A stretch of 64,000 nt of DNA from Cirrosporium novae-zelandiae (Eukaryota), in NCBI GenBank assembly GCA_026023565.1, contig JAPETS010000014.1, positions 434,001 to 498,000 of the forward strand, written 5' to 3'. The position numbers and the translations under genes were made by a program. Of the stretch, positions 52,180-63,986 are shown one piece after another; position 1 is the first letter of the stretch; every line of letters begins with the position of its first letter. The notes beneath the pieces were generated by a model. The model saw only the letters and a list, made by a program, of their open reading frames with translations. It did not search any database and was not told where the DNA came from.

Positions 52180-53656
52180 ATGATGAATGAGGCTGTGGGT
52201 GGTCTCAACCATGCCAGTGAGTCTAGCTCTCCTCCTTGTTAGATGTGTATGAACCTCCCCTAACCCGTGAAAAAAAAAAGCCGTTAGAGATGATGATTTT
52301 CTGAATAATATTCCTCTGGAACTCCTACGAGCAGAATTATCCAGAAGACAGGATGTCATCGGGAAGCCTGCCTGTGGATCAGGTTCTGGCCCGAAATATT
52401 ACAATACGCCGTTACATGTATTCGCATTGGTGATGATCCTGGTAGTCAGCACACTGGGTATGTATGCGACATCGACCTCCAATGCTCGAACTTCACACAA
52501 CTGCCTCAACAAACCTATCTAATTTAAATATCTAGCATGTTCATTCCCCATAATCGCGCGGCGTTTTCCAAGCCTCCCAATTCCCCACCGCTTCCTCTTC
52601 CTCTCCCGCCATTTCGGTACGGGCGTCTTAATAGCAACGGCATTCGTGCACCTGCTCCCAACAGCATTCGTCTCCCTAACAGATGCATGCCTGCCCTCAT
52701 TTTGGAACGAAGGCTACCCGGCCATGCCGGGCTTCATTGCGATGATGGCGGTATTCATTGTGGTGGGCATTGAGATGTTCTTCGCAACCAGAGGCGCTGG
52801 CCACATGCACGGCAGCGAGTACGAAGTCCTGTCGGAAGACCATGAAGACCTCCCGATCTTAAGCGGCCATGTCCACCGCCCATCACTGCACAGCCGAAAA
52901 GGGAGCATCCGAACCTTTGACCCAGCCAGCGGATATCCCAACCCCGACGATTTCCAGCTCGACACTCTCAGCAGCACATCCACTCCCTTGGCAACCCCCT
53001 TCCTAGCCAACCACAATCAATCTACAAAACCCTACGCCAACCACACCTCCCTGGAAGCAGATAACCCCTCCTCCCCCTCCTCCTCTACAATCTCCGTCTC
53101 CTACAACGCCTCGAACCCCTTCCCAAACACCTCCACCCGGCGCCTCCTCCCGCAAGAACAAACGGCGCGAAAAGCCCTCCTACAAGTCGTCCTCCTGGAA
53201 GCCGGAATCCTCTTCCACAGCGTCTTCATCGGCATGGCCCTATCCGTCACAACTGGAACCCCGTTCATCGTCCTCTTAATTGCAATATCATTCCACCAAA
53301 CTTTCGAAGGCCTTGCCCTAGGCTCCCGCATCGGTGGAATCACCTTTCCTCATGACTCCTACAAACCATGGTTGATGGCGCTCGCATACGGGGGCACCAC
53401 GCCCGTGGGCCAGGCCATCGGCCTCGCCGTTCACAATCTCTACGATCCTGAGGGCGAGGTCGGCCTGCTCATGGTCGGAGTCATGAATGCGATTAGTAGC
53501 GGCCTGCTCCTCTTTGCGGGTCTGGTTGAATTACTGGCGGAGGACTTCTTGACGGATCGGAGTTATGAATCTTTGAAGGGATGGAGGAGGCTGGAGGCTT
53601 GCGCGTCGGTTGTTGCAGGTAGTTTGCTGATGGCATTGGTTGGGGCATGGGCTTGA
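52180..53656 (+). CDS. ZIP-family zinc/iron transporter, 3 exons
   Basis: YNTPLHVFAL, RHFGTGVLIATAFVHLLPTAF, LEAGILFHSVFIG, FHQTFEGLALG; His-containing cytosolic loop; start codon inferred. Confidence 0.9.
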
Positions 53657-54453
53657 TGTTATCAAAGTATTATTTGCTTTGGGAGGGGAGAGATAAAATT
53701 TACTGTAGATTTTTATTTTCATTTTCATGTTTGGTAAAAGGGGTGGAGTCAAGCGGTCGTCGGATCGAACGTCAATATATAAAGGAAAAGTTATCTAGCA
53801 TATGCACCACCAACCCCTATCGTTACCATCATCATCACCGCTATGTGGATATCCATGATGCGGAAAATTCAGACCCAAACCCAAACCAAACAGATTATTC
53901 GATTATAATTAAGGAAGAAAGAGAAAAGGGCCTATGGCCTAGATATTTATGATGCTACTAACAGTTACTCTAATAGAACTATATATTATAATTTTAACGT
54001 CAGATAAAATAATACTTGTAAATCAAAGGAGTGTAAGATATTTTTTCGTGCAGTTTAGTCTATATGATCAGTCACGTGTCAATCTATTCCCTTTCACTTC
54101 TTTTATCTGAGCCGAGGATGAGTATCTTAAGCACCGCAACGGGGATCCTGTTCTAGCCCCCTGGTAGCTCCCTGCGGCCTCCTTATGATCTACTAGCTAT
54201 AGCTCCCCAATTGATGGGGAGTGATTCGCCAAAATGACTAATTCGGACCTACGTGTTGGCGCGGGGATAAATTCATTAAACCAACATCTAAGGATAAACT
54301 GACTAGCTACAGATGAATCTCTTTCAAACATGGGACAGATCCCCAAAGCACTTACGTTTTATATAGTATAACAGACCTTCAGATCGCCTTCTTCCTCAGA
54401 TTTCTCCAAAACTCTTCAATTGTTCTGCGCTTTCTTATTTGTGCATAAGCTAA

Positions 54454-56929
54454 ATGCCTCCAGATCTCAATTCGTTGAGGAGTGTTGGATCTTGCAGGAT
54501 CTTCCATTCTGGAAAGGACAAGGATGTCGGAAATCGGGGTCTCGTAAGTTTACCAGCTCATGTGAATACAGTCAAGGACGGCCTCTTAGACTTCAATCGT
54601 TTCCTCGGACTAGAAGCTACAATGCTAGTGCTGGGGGATAAGAAATTTGGTGAGGACGAAGAGGATGATATCCCGCTATCTGCATACAAAACCGACGGGT
54701 TAAGCGAATCACAACGTGCGAGGGAGATAGAATTCTTCGAAGACGCACAAGAGCTGGTAGCGGGTGCAGGGAGATTCGAGAATGGGTTTGATCAAGATGG
54801 CGAATGGCGAAGATTGTTTCGAACTGTCATAACAAACCGAGCGAAAGATGTTCATTATTCTGGGTAGGCTGAACCTATCAAATTATTGAACTGATGGAGT
54901 TCTTAACAATGCTCGTAGTTCACACCTACCAAACATTATTGGGTAGTAAGCATACCTTTCTGACTATATTTCCAAACACATTACTTATACTCAACAGCAC
55001 AGAAAATGAAGTTTGGGACACCGGTTTTGATCCTTCTCGACCGTTACGTACAAGTCCCAAACCAGATTTGTACTTCGGGTTCCCTGTCCACAATACAGAA
55101 GGCCAAAAAATTTATGGGTTTAGGAATGATCCATCTTTCCAGAACTATACTGTCGATACACTGTCTCAGCTTGCCATGAAAGGGCTTCGCTGTATACCGG
55201 TTTCTGGCTTTTTAACGGATGCTATCAAGCTGAAACGAGACAATACAGAGCTGGAGTTTCCACTATTGTGCTTCCCTTGGTGTATCGTCCAGCAAAAAGG
55301 GGCTGAGAAAGCGGCTACTGTTGAAGAAAATAATATTTTAGTTTTGGAAACGTCTTGTCAAGCCTCAACCGCAGCGTCATGTTCTTTAGCTATGTTTGAA
55401 AAGCTGGCAAGGTTTGCAGATGTGAAGGAAAGTGGTCAACATATTCCACCACTGATCACTATCACGTGTGTTGGACTAAATGCAACAGTGTGGCTTGCTT
55501 TCTCCGACAATATGGATGACCAATATCGAGACCATGTGAAAAATCTCATTCCAGTCTTCTCGTGAAGAAATCTAACAATTTGATAGACGATGCTGAGTAT
55601 CTGGAGCGGCTGTATGAGCAAGCTCTGGGATGCTATTCAATTCTGTCATATTATAGACAACCTTTTTTTCTGGTCGCAGCATATTCTAAGACCCAAGGTA
55701 TCACACTACATCGACCAATGGAGGCTCCGTTACTGTCCTGAAGTCCATAACCTCCATTCTCGGCTCGAAAAGGACCTCGAAACGGCAGAACTCATCCATC
55801 GAGTCCAAGATCGACTGAGTTCACTGAGTATATCACCAAACTCTAATCTGCCTGAGCCCATTCAACAAGCTGTGGTATTTCAGGAGGTGATGAGATCGAA
55901 TCCACAAAAGACAGAGCCAGCACCGAAAGAAAGACCAGGTCCGAATAATGAAGATGAAATAGAAAGTTCTAAAAAGGTTCTTTCCCATCCCAAGGTCGAT
56001 GCTTCGGCAGCGGGAGCGTCTAGTGACGACGTAACAGAGGGAGGGGAAAAGAGAGACAGCGAATCTAAAGAAGAGGATGGGAAGAAGAAGGACCACCTTG
56101 ACGGAGACAGTGGGGACACATGCTATTTTGCTGAGTCGCAGGATAAGCCCACTCTTCAGCCAAAATCGCCTGAGAAGAATGGGTTGGTCTTCACCGACCT
56201 CCCAGTCAATTACAAGAAACCTACATATAAGGATTCAACAGACACTAAGAATAATCAAGGTCGGCGATCGACCAACACCAAGTGCTCAACGGCTACTAAC
56301 TTCACATTTCCAGCCACTCCAAGCAAACCACCAACTGACGAACACGTTTCAAAATCTAAGCCACCTACTAATTCCTACGCTAAAAAAGGACGAGACAGCA
56401 AATCTTTCTCGTATCCATACGAGTTCAAGACTTCGGGTTTCGAATTTCAATCAGGGCGATTCCTTTCGCACTCGGACAAGTCGAAGAGTGCAGATTTCGA
56501 TTTCAAGAAAAGACAGCCTCGCATGATGGCTTCACGGGTAGCGAACCGACATATACTCCCATTAAGAATGCATCATGCTTGTAAACCAACTGATAGCCAT
56601 CAGAATTTATTTGGCTGGATGCGTGACCAAAGGTCACCCGCAGCCTCCAAAGAACCTACTACTTCAGAGAAATCAGCGTTGAGAAAGAATTCGAACAACC
56701 GTTCTAGAAGCACCAATACATCCTCTGTCCCACCAAATCCGTTCATAGCTACATCCTTTGGGTTGAGTTTCGATGTCAATTTTTGGTGGGACATGACACT
56801 AGCGAAAATTCCACCGCAAAAAGCACCATTGCGACAGGACCGTCCCGGCATGATCCGTTCCAACAAACGATGTGGGAGTTAAAACGAATTGTCCAATCCA
56901 AGTCCCCTAAGAGGAGAAGACCAGAATAG
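54454..56929 (+). CDS. Hypothetical multi-exon protein with a PD-(D/E)XK-like domain and a low-complexity C-terminal tail
   Basis: PKPDLYFGF..CFPWCIVQQK..CQASTAA..IPPLITITCVG..VWLAF; ORFs 54454-54867, 54894-55565 and 55590-56882 join by GT-AG introns; a possible 41-nt last intron (56762-56802) would move the stop to 56929. Confidence 0.6.
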
Positions 56930-57106
56930 AAGCCAGTAGAGGCCCTAAAACCGCCGTTATTAAATGTGAAGATTCCTTGGAAAGGCGATGAATTCATTAG
57001 GGTGAAATTACCACCAGTCGTGCCGGACAACAAATAGAGTGACAGATTATTCGAAGATGATTGTAATATTACTACGATTATAATAAAATATTTGAATAAT
57101 AATAAT

Positions 57107-60100
57107 ATGGAAACCGGATTTGTGAGTCGCGCTTTTTCTATCACCCGCATGCTCAGTGTTGTCGATGGACCAGACCGACCAGACCGACCCCCTTGATCTG
57201 GTCGGTCTATCAAAATCCTCGGCCCGGTCCGGTCTATAGACCGACCAAGGGTGTCGGTCTGGTCGGTCTAAGGTCTATAGACCGTCTATGGTAGACCATC
57301 TATTTAGTCTGGTCCATCGACAACACTGATGTGAGGGCAGGCATTAGGCTAACCTTTACCAACAGGGTCAAAATACCACAATAATCAAATCCTTGGTTCG
57401 ATTACGCCTAATACCGCTTATCAAGATAAAAGCAATGCAAGGCGCCCGCACCACACAGGCTTAGCACACCGTAACAGGTCAAAATTGGACAAAAAATCAG
57501 ATAAGATATCTGATATATTCGACACTCCATCAATTTTCTCAACAGCATCATGTCAGAGTGGCTCTTCGCAGAGTTCAGTTCAAGATGTTCATCAAAAGGT
57601 TTCTGAATTTATGGCAGAAGTGTTTTATAAGGATACCGACCTACAGCGTCTATATCTAGATGCTTTGAGAAAATTTGGTAAAGAGACATTTAGCAGGAAC
57701 CACGACTGCCTTTTGAAAAAGCTTCTCAAGGATCTCAAATTAACAATTCAGGATAACTCTCAGCTACTAGCTGTTCGTATCCTTTGAAATCGAGCTCAAC
57801 GAAGGGAACTGACCGAGTCAATATATAAATTATTAGATTTAAACCAGTTTCTACTATCGCAAATTCCGACAGCAGAAGCAATGCCAGAAGAGCGTGGAGT
57901 AATGCCAAATCCACTCATCAAAGACAATGACAGAAACAGTAGTAATGACAACATAGATGAGATTGAAGACGATGATAGTAGTGAAGAAGACAAGGAGAAT
58001 GAAGACGAGGGGGATGAGGATTTCCAATAGCTTGACTCGCTGATAACTTTCCTTACCAAAGGAGCACCGTTGAGTCGCTTCAAAAATAATCTTCATTGCT
58101 TCGTTCATCCTCCCACTACAATACAAGAAGCCTTAGAGTATCGTGAACTTAAGGTTTTACAAAGGTTGTTAGCGGAGCGATCCAACGATGTTGCCAAGGG
58201 TGAATATTCTTGATTACATGAATTAGACCAAATTGGATATACTCGACAGGAAACAGCAGAATTGTTGCTTGAAGAAGTTAATGATAGTCCTTGGATTTAT
58301 TTTGAGCGGCAACGAATCCCTCCAGCTCGAATAATTCCAGAATATCATTTTTCATCATGCGTACACGAAACAAGTCAGAAGTTTGACTGGCATAACACAC
58401 AAATATCTTCTATGTCTGAAAACCAAGATCTTGGACTTAGTTTTGTTTCCTTAGAAGGAAACGATATAAAAAGACTAATACATGAAGGTTGTGGGCTTGG
58501 TGGAATTGTGCCAATCTCATGAGATTCAGACACATGGAATGGTCGCGTTTATTGGAAAGATCAGGAGTCAACTGCATTCATAACATATGGTCTGGATAAA
58601 CCTGAAACCGAATTACACCATACTACTTTGATATCACGATTACGCAATATACTTGAAAGCTTTTGCAATACAGCTGGATATATTCAACAATCATATAAAA
58701 ATGCCTCTGCTGAATTTCGGAATTGTAGGGTTATTGCTCTACACATCCTTGGCATTCTTTACAAAAAAGACGAGTTCTTCGACCCAAAAATAATAGAAAA
58801 CTTGCATGATAACAGCACCAACGGCGATAAAATTCTTTATTTATGCTCGTTGGCCGTGCAGTTTTTGTATTTAGGGCTCGTCTCTTATAGCCAAGCGCAC
58901 TGTGGTGCTATACAGCCCTTTTTTCTTGATAACCCACAGACAACGCTTATATTGCTGGGGAGCCAAAATACAAAGAATGCGGAAAATGATTACATACAAA
59001 TCACAGCCCAACTTATCAACCTTACATATATAGGTGATATGATTCAAAAAAAGGCGCTTGCTTTTACTATAGCCAAGGGGCAAGAGGATGTAATTGCAAC
59101 ATACCCAGAATACAGATTTGATGTATTAGCTTCTCCTGAAGATATCATAGATACTTGGGGTCCGGGTCATCATATTATCCAATCTACAGATCATGGACTA
59201 GAGCTTTGTCCGATCGTTATTGGCGGTGGAGCGATCCAAGCTGTCAATGGACAAGACGGAAAGTTCCATTGGAGCCAACACGTGGATTACAAAAATGCAT
59301 TCCCAACACCGTTTAAGCCTCGTGAGAAAATTGTTATTGGAGCTCAAGTGAGTAAATACTAGTTGTATTATTGATCAAGACAAAAGTTGGTTTATGTCTA
59401 GTCGATTTCACGAGATCTTGAGCACGTACTCACCTCGCTGGGAGCATACACAAACCCAAGGGTCAGTCGGCTTTAACAAACATGTTGCTCTTACATACAA
59501 CAAAACATACAACAAAATTCCAGGGAGGAATTGCAAAGAAAAATATTTTGGCAATAAGATCCCTAATCAAGCCTTGAATGAGGTCTTTCATAACATTGAT
59601 TCCTCTTTTCTCTCGATTTTACAGCTCCCTTGGGGTCTTCAAGTTAGTCTTTGCACTGTTGTTGGGCGAAGGGTCTTATTACATGAACTTGTAATGGACC
59701 TCATGCCTGCTTTTATGGACGCTCTAAATCCAGAACCACTATTATGGAAGACCTATAAGGCCAATATTCTCAACGCTTTTCGGAGAAATACTCTCCGAGA
59801 ATGGCTAGGAACTCAACCTCCTTGTTGCCAAATATTAGTGATCGAAATTGTCCGTGAAATTCTTGGAAGTATAATATCGACAGGAATCGATAAAGGAAAA
59901 GAAAATTTTGTTATCGCGTGGATTTACTCAAGAGAAATAATTTGCTTTAAAATTCCTTGTGAAAATGAAAGTTATTGGGCACGCATTCTTGCAGATTCAG
60001 AATGCTGTGCTACATTTGCATATATTACCTCGAAATGCTTGGAGACCGATGACGTCAAATGCCTTGGTTCGAACTCGGGTTGGCATAACACGAGTCCTTT

Positions 60101-60428
60101 GCTCGAAACTGCTGTTTGCCATCATACACAACGGGAAAAGCCATCAATTCCTGTCATCGAATCCGTGGCATCAACGCCTGTTAGCGAACCATGGGCTCTA
60201 AAAGACAAGGAGGCGTATTTCATTGGGAGATCTGATTCTCCGCTAATAGTAGAGGTAAAGAGAGCAAGTGATCAAGAGTATCCTCGTTTGGTAGCTTCCT
60301 TGAGCAAAATTCCTTTGCCCTTTCGATTGAGGATGACGGTCCTAAGACGGTTAGAAGAACTTCGAGAAAGACAATCGGCTAAGGCATATGGGGAGAACGT
60401 GGTGATTTCTATGAAGAAAAAGTGGTAA
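57107..60428 (+). pseudogene. Large (~1000 codon) decayed gene of unknown family
   Basis: One reading frame from ~57353 to 59362 interrupted by single stops at 57785, 58028, 58211 and 58520, then a frameshift near 59350 into ORF 59394-60428; 5' exon uncertain. Confidence 0.7.
57154..57328. mobile_element. MITE (hAT-like), 175 bp, perfect 22-bp terminal inverted repeats
   Basis: CAGTGTTGTCGATGGACCAGAC ... GTCTGGTCCATCGACAACACTG; internal AGACCGACC/GGTCGGTCT repeats; no coding capacity. Confidence 0.85.
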
Positions 60429-60552
60429 CAGTGATTCATTTTTGCCCATATGGTGCCTGAAGGCTATGATGGATATCGCTTGGAGGTTTGAAACCCGCTA
60501 TTCGTATCCCACCCCCCCGCGCTTCTGTCACAAATGAAGGGCCAAGGGGCGG

Positions 60553-60676
60553 CAGTGTTGTCGATGGACCAGACCAAACCGACCCCCTTTGGTCTGGTCG
60601 ATCTATAAAAAAGTCCGAGACCCGGTCTAAGGTCTATAGAACCGTTCTATTTGGTCCAGTCTATTGCACAACACTG
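60553..60676. mobile_element. Second, shorter copy of the same MITE family (124 bp)
   Basis: Left end identical to copy 1 (CAGTGTTGTCGATGGACCAGACC); right end ...ACAACACTG partly degenerate; flanks AGGGGCGG / AGGGTAGG match at 6 of 8 positions. Confidence 0.8.
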
Positions 60677-60689
60677 AGGGTAGGGTAGT

Positions 60690-61810
60690 GTGGAGTGTTT
60701 AAAAAAAAAGTCACTACTACCCGAAACTACGGCCATTCTGGGAGGGATTAGTGTGGAGTTGTGTGTGTATATAAACATATAAAACTAGCTTTAAAAAGAG
60801 AGGTATAAGTAATATATATATATTAGCGCTATATCCCGCTAACCACCAAGTGTCAGTATCGGGATGCTATAAATACTAAGTTTCGATTTCGATTCGAATT
60901 CCCAAGATGTGCTAATTACTTATTATAAATAAGTGATTACTTCACACTAATATACTATAAGTTTCTTCTTCTTTAAACAGATAGACATACATATATATAT
61001 ATATATTTTTTTTTGAAATCTTTTTTTATCTATAACAATAGAAACAAATAAAAAATAGGTGGGAGTGGGGGTAAGACTTGAATAAGGGGGCATGAAAAAA
61101 GATGGACTAAGAGAAGAAAAGAAGAAGAAGAAAGGGTCATAGATAAAGGGAAAAAGAGGAGGGAAGAGGAAGGGAGTTTATATAAACAGCAAACACCCGA
61201 CACAAAAAAAGCAAACTTAGAAAATTTGATTCCCCCCTAGATATTTTATGACTTTCACCAAAAAGATTTTTTAGAATAATTATATAACAACGATACATAT
61301 ATATATATAGTACTTTTAATCGTCCTGTAGCTTAGCTTATCCAATCAATCTACTATCGTTAATTATTATTATAATTATTATTATTGTGTTGTGGTTAAAT
61401 TCTTTACATAGACACTAGGAAGAACATATCTGTGAGTCCGGTTTTTTTTTTTTTTTTTTTTGGGGTTAGGCACTTTGCAAAGGGTACGAAAAAGATAGAC
61501 TAAGAGAAGAAGTAAGGGTCGGTCCAGTTAGTCGGTTAGCTGCGTCATGGATAAAATTAAATAAAGGAGGGAGGGGGTTCATATAATTAGCAAAAAAAAA
61601 TGGAAAGGGAAAAGGGAACGAGAGCTTTCAATTTTGTATTCTGTTCTGCTGTATGTATGTATGTATATATGTATAGACACACACTCCTCCTATTGCAATT
61701 TTATATCTCCGCTATATCCAGTAATAAAACCCCCAGTCAGTCAGTCAGTCCTTTGACCACTATCTTTGACAAATTTTGGTTGAAAAAAAAAAAAAAAAAA
61801 CCCCTAGCTA
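60690..61810. repeat. AT-rich low-complexity island with a degenerate ~100-bp direct repeat
   Basis: (TA)n, poly-T and poly-A runs; similar blocks at ~61094-61192 and ~61489-61599. Confidence 0.65.
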
Positions 61811-61817
61811 GCACAAA

Positions 61818-62528
61818 TCAAAAATCCTCAGAATCGGAATCGGAATCCGAGTCATACTCTATGAAAATCCCGTCCATTTCCGGCCCGCCATCTATCAAAT
61901 CTTCTAGCGATTCAATATCATGGTTAAAATAGTCTAGGTGTTTCTCAGATATCTCCAATAGGAAATATACTGCTCCGAGTACACGCAAATCCATTATTTT
62001 TTTGCAGCCCCAAATAACTCTTTCTCTAATTTTTGTAAATCTCTCGAGTCTGTCTAACTGCATCTCTGCCCAGACTTCATCTTCATCATCACAACCGCTT
62101 CCATCATGCGTGAATTCGCAGAGTAGGTTGCACAGGGAGTAGCCTAATGAGCAGATGGTACGGCCAAGCTCTCGTACCATGAAGCTACCATACCGGCGTG
62201 GATGGCAAATTTTCAAGGCAGTGTCCAGGTCATCGATAGGGCCGTTGATGAAGGCACAGATTTCTTTCTGCATCAGCCACGACCATTTATCGTCGAAGAC
62301 CAGGGTTTTAATATTTTCGATGGGCGTGAGAATCAGACCAGCAGATCGATCGAGACTGTAGAAGACATGTCGGGCTGAGGACGAGGTTGCGTAATCATCG
62401 TCGTTATACATCGAAGGCTCCCAAGAGTTGATAACATTTGCAAGTTTAGAAATCGCCAAGGAGGCAACTTCGCGAAGATTCTGGGACGATTCAACAAACT
62501 GGACTGGTTGTTCGTTTCTGGCTGCCAT
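61818..62528 (-). CDS. Hypothetical intronless protein, 236 aa, acidic C-terminus
   Basis: ATG in AAAATGG context, long open frame flanked by non-coding DNA; no motif recognised. Confidence 0.6.
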   Translation of the reverse strand: MAARNEQPVQFVESSQNLREVASLAISKLANVINSWEPSMYNDDDYATSSSARHVFYSLDRSAGLILTPIENIKTLVFDDKWSWLMQKEICAFINGPIDDLDTALKICHPRRYGSFMVRELGRTICSLGYSLCNLLCEFTHDGSGCDDEDEVWAEMQLDRLERFTKIRERVIWGCKKIMDLRVLGAVYFLLEISEKHLDYFNHDIESLEDLIDGGPEMDGIFIEYDSDSDSDSEDF

Positions 62529-62780
62529 TTTATGTTGTAGTTATGGGCAGACCTGGGAGTATCAATTGAATTGAATTGAGTTGAGTTGGACGTAGGTAGT
62601 AATTTCAAATGACTTGAAGTTGTTTCCTTGGGTGCGATATATGGATGAAAGAAGGAGAAAGTTGTATGTATTAACAAATGATTTGTTGAGTCGTCGCAAG
62701 TTGACTAGGTTACTGGTATAATAACCCGGAGCCGATCAAGTGACAATCACTACCTAGTGACTTGGTTCAACACAAAGAAT

Positions 62781-62935
62781 ATGGACAGGTTGTATGGTAT
62801 TGATAATCAGGTTGTATATTGCTGGTTTTATACAGCTGGTTGTATGGTATGGATAGGTTGTATATAGCTGGTTGTATGCAGTTGGTTGTATTGTGTAGAC
62901 AAGTTGTATGATATGGACAAGTTGTATGGTATGAA
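62781..62935. repeat. Degenerate tandem repeat with GTTGTAT core
   Basis: About 8 recurrences of (G/A)GTTGTAT at ~10-30 nt spacing. Confidence 0.7.
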
Positions 62936-63466
62936 AGATGTTTGAGGGAATGAGAATCATAGAAGGAGAGAGGGAGACAGGTGGGTGGTATTTATATTGT
63001 AAATCTCTCTCCCTTAGGGGTGCTTCTTTCCTTACTCACCTGGTTCTCTCCTCCAAAGCCTATTTCCCCAGTCCCATTCTCAATGTCTCATGTCCCCCCG
63101 CCCTCGCTCGGGCCCGCCTAATGGTGCACTGTTTTAACGTACACTATATAGAACACCGAAGTGTGAAAACCTAAAAAAAATCAATGCTAGGGAGTTATAG
63201 AAGCCGACTTTATAATAAGTATAACAAGCGAGGTCACCTGACATGTTTTAAATAAGCGTTTTGGGTGGTTCAACTGATGATTAATAGGTAGGTCTCGGTG
63301 GTTTTTGGACTTTCGGCGGATATTGAGTTTTTTTTCATGTTTATAAAATTCTAAAAATTTTCATCACACCTGGAAAAATTGAATTTACCTTTTTTGTATC
63401 CAGAACTTTCCCTGCCCTATCTTTGTTGCTTGAAGCTTTTATGACAGCTATCTAAGCTAGTGCGTA

Positions 63467-63986
63467 ATGTCTTCACTGCAATATTTTGCATACAAGGGAA
63501 AAGGAGAGACAGCCCGTGAGCAATTTCGGTATAGTCAAGCCGTTCGAGTGGGTGATCGCATCGAATGTGCTGGTCAAGGTAACTACCGATCTTAATCTTC
63601 ATCTATTCCCCCCAAGATGCACTCTCCTTTGATTGCCAGCTTAGTTTACAATAAATATTATTGCAGGCGGTTGGAATCCTGAGACCGGGGTAATCTGTAC
63701 CGAGATCAACGCCCAAATCGACCAAGCGTTTGCGAACGTTGATTTGAATCTAAGGGATGCAGGCGGCAAGGGATGGTCGCAGGTGTTCCGTGTAAATTCG
63801 TACCACGTTCCAATGAACGATGAGGCCCTTGCGGCCATGGTCAGAAACTTTAAGAAGTGGATGCCGGATCACCAGCCGATTTGGACCTGCGTCGGTGTCT
63901 CACGACTCGGCGAGGATGATATGAGAGTTGAGATAGAGGTAGTGGCGTTGGATGAAGAAGGTGCTAGAGCTGGACGGGGCAAATAA
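63467..63986 (+). CDS. RidA/YjgF/YER057c/UK114 family protein, 2 exons
   Basis: MSSLQYFAY..YSQAVRVGDRIECAGQG | GGW..QIDQAFANVDLNL..VFRVNSYH..PIWTCVGV..MRVEIEVVA. Confidence 0.9.

Noticed and set aside
44086..53656. Possible metabolic gene cluster (methyltransferase, dehydrogenase, transporter)
   Set aside because: No backbone synthase or cluster regulator; all are widespread stand-alone families.
57785..58522. Alternative genetic code or stop readthrough explaining in-frame stops
   Set aside because: Intact genes in the window end normally with TAA, TAG and TGA, and the locus also carries a frameshift.
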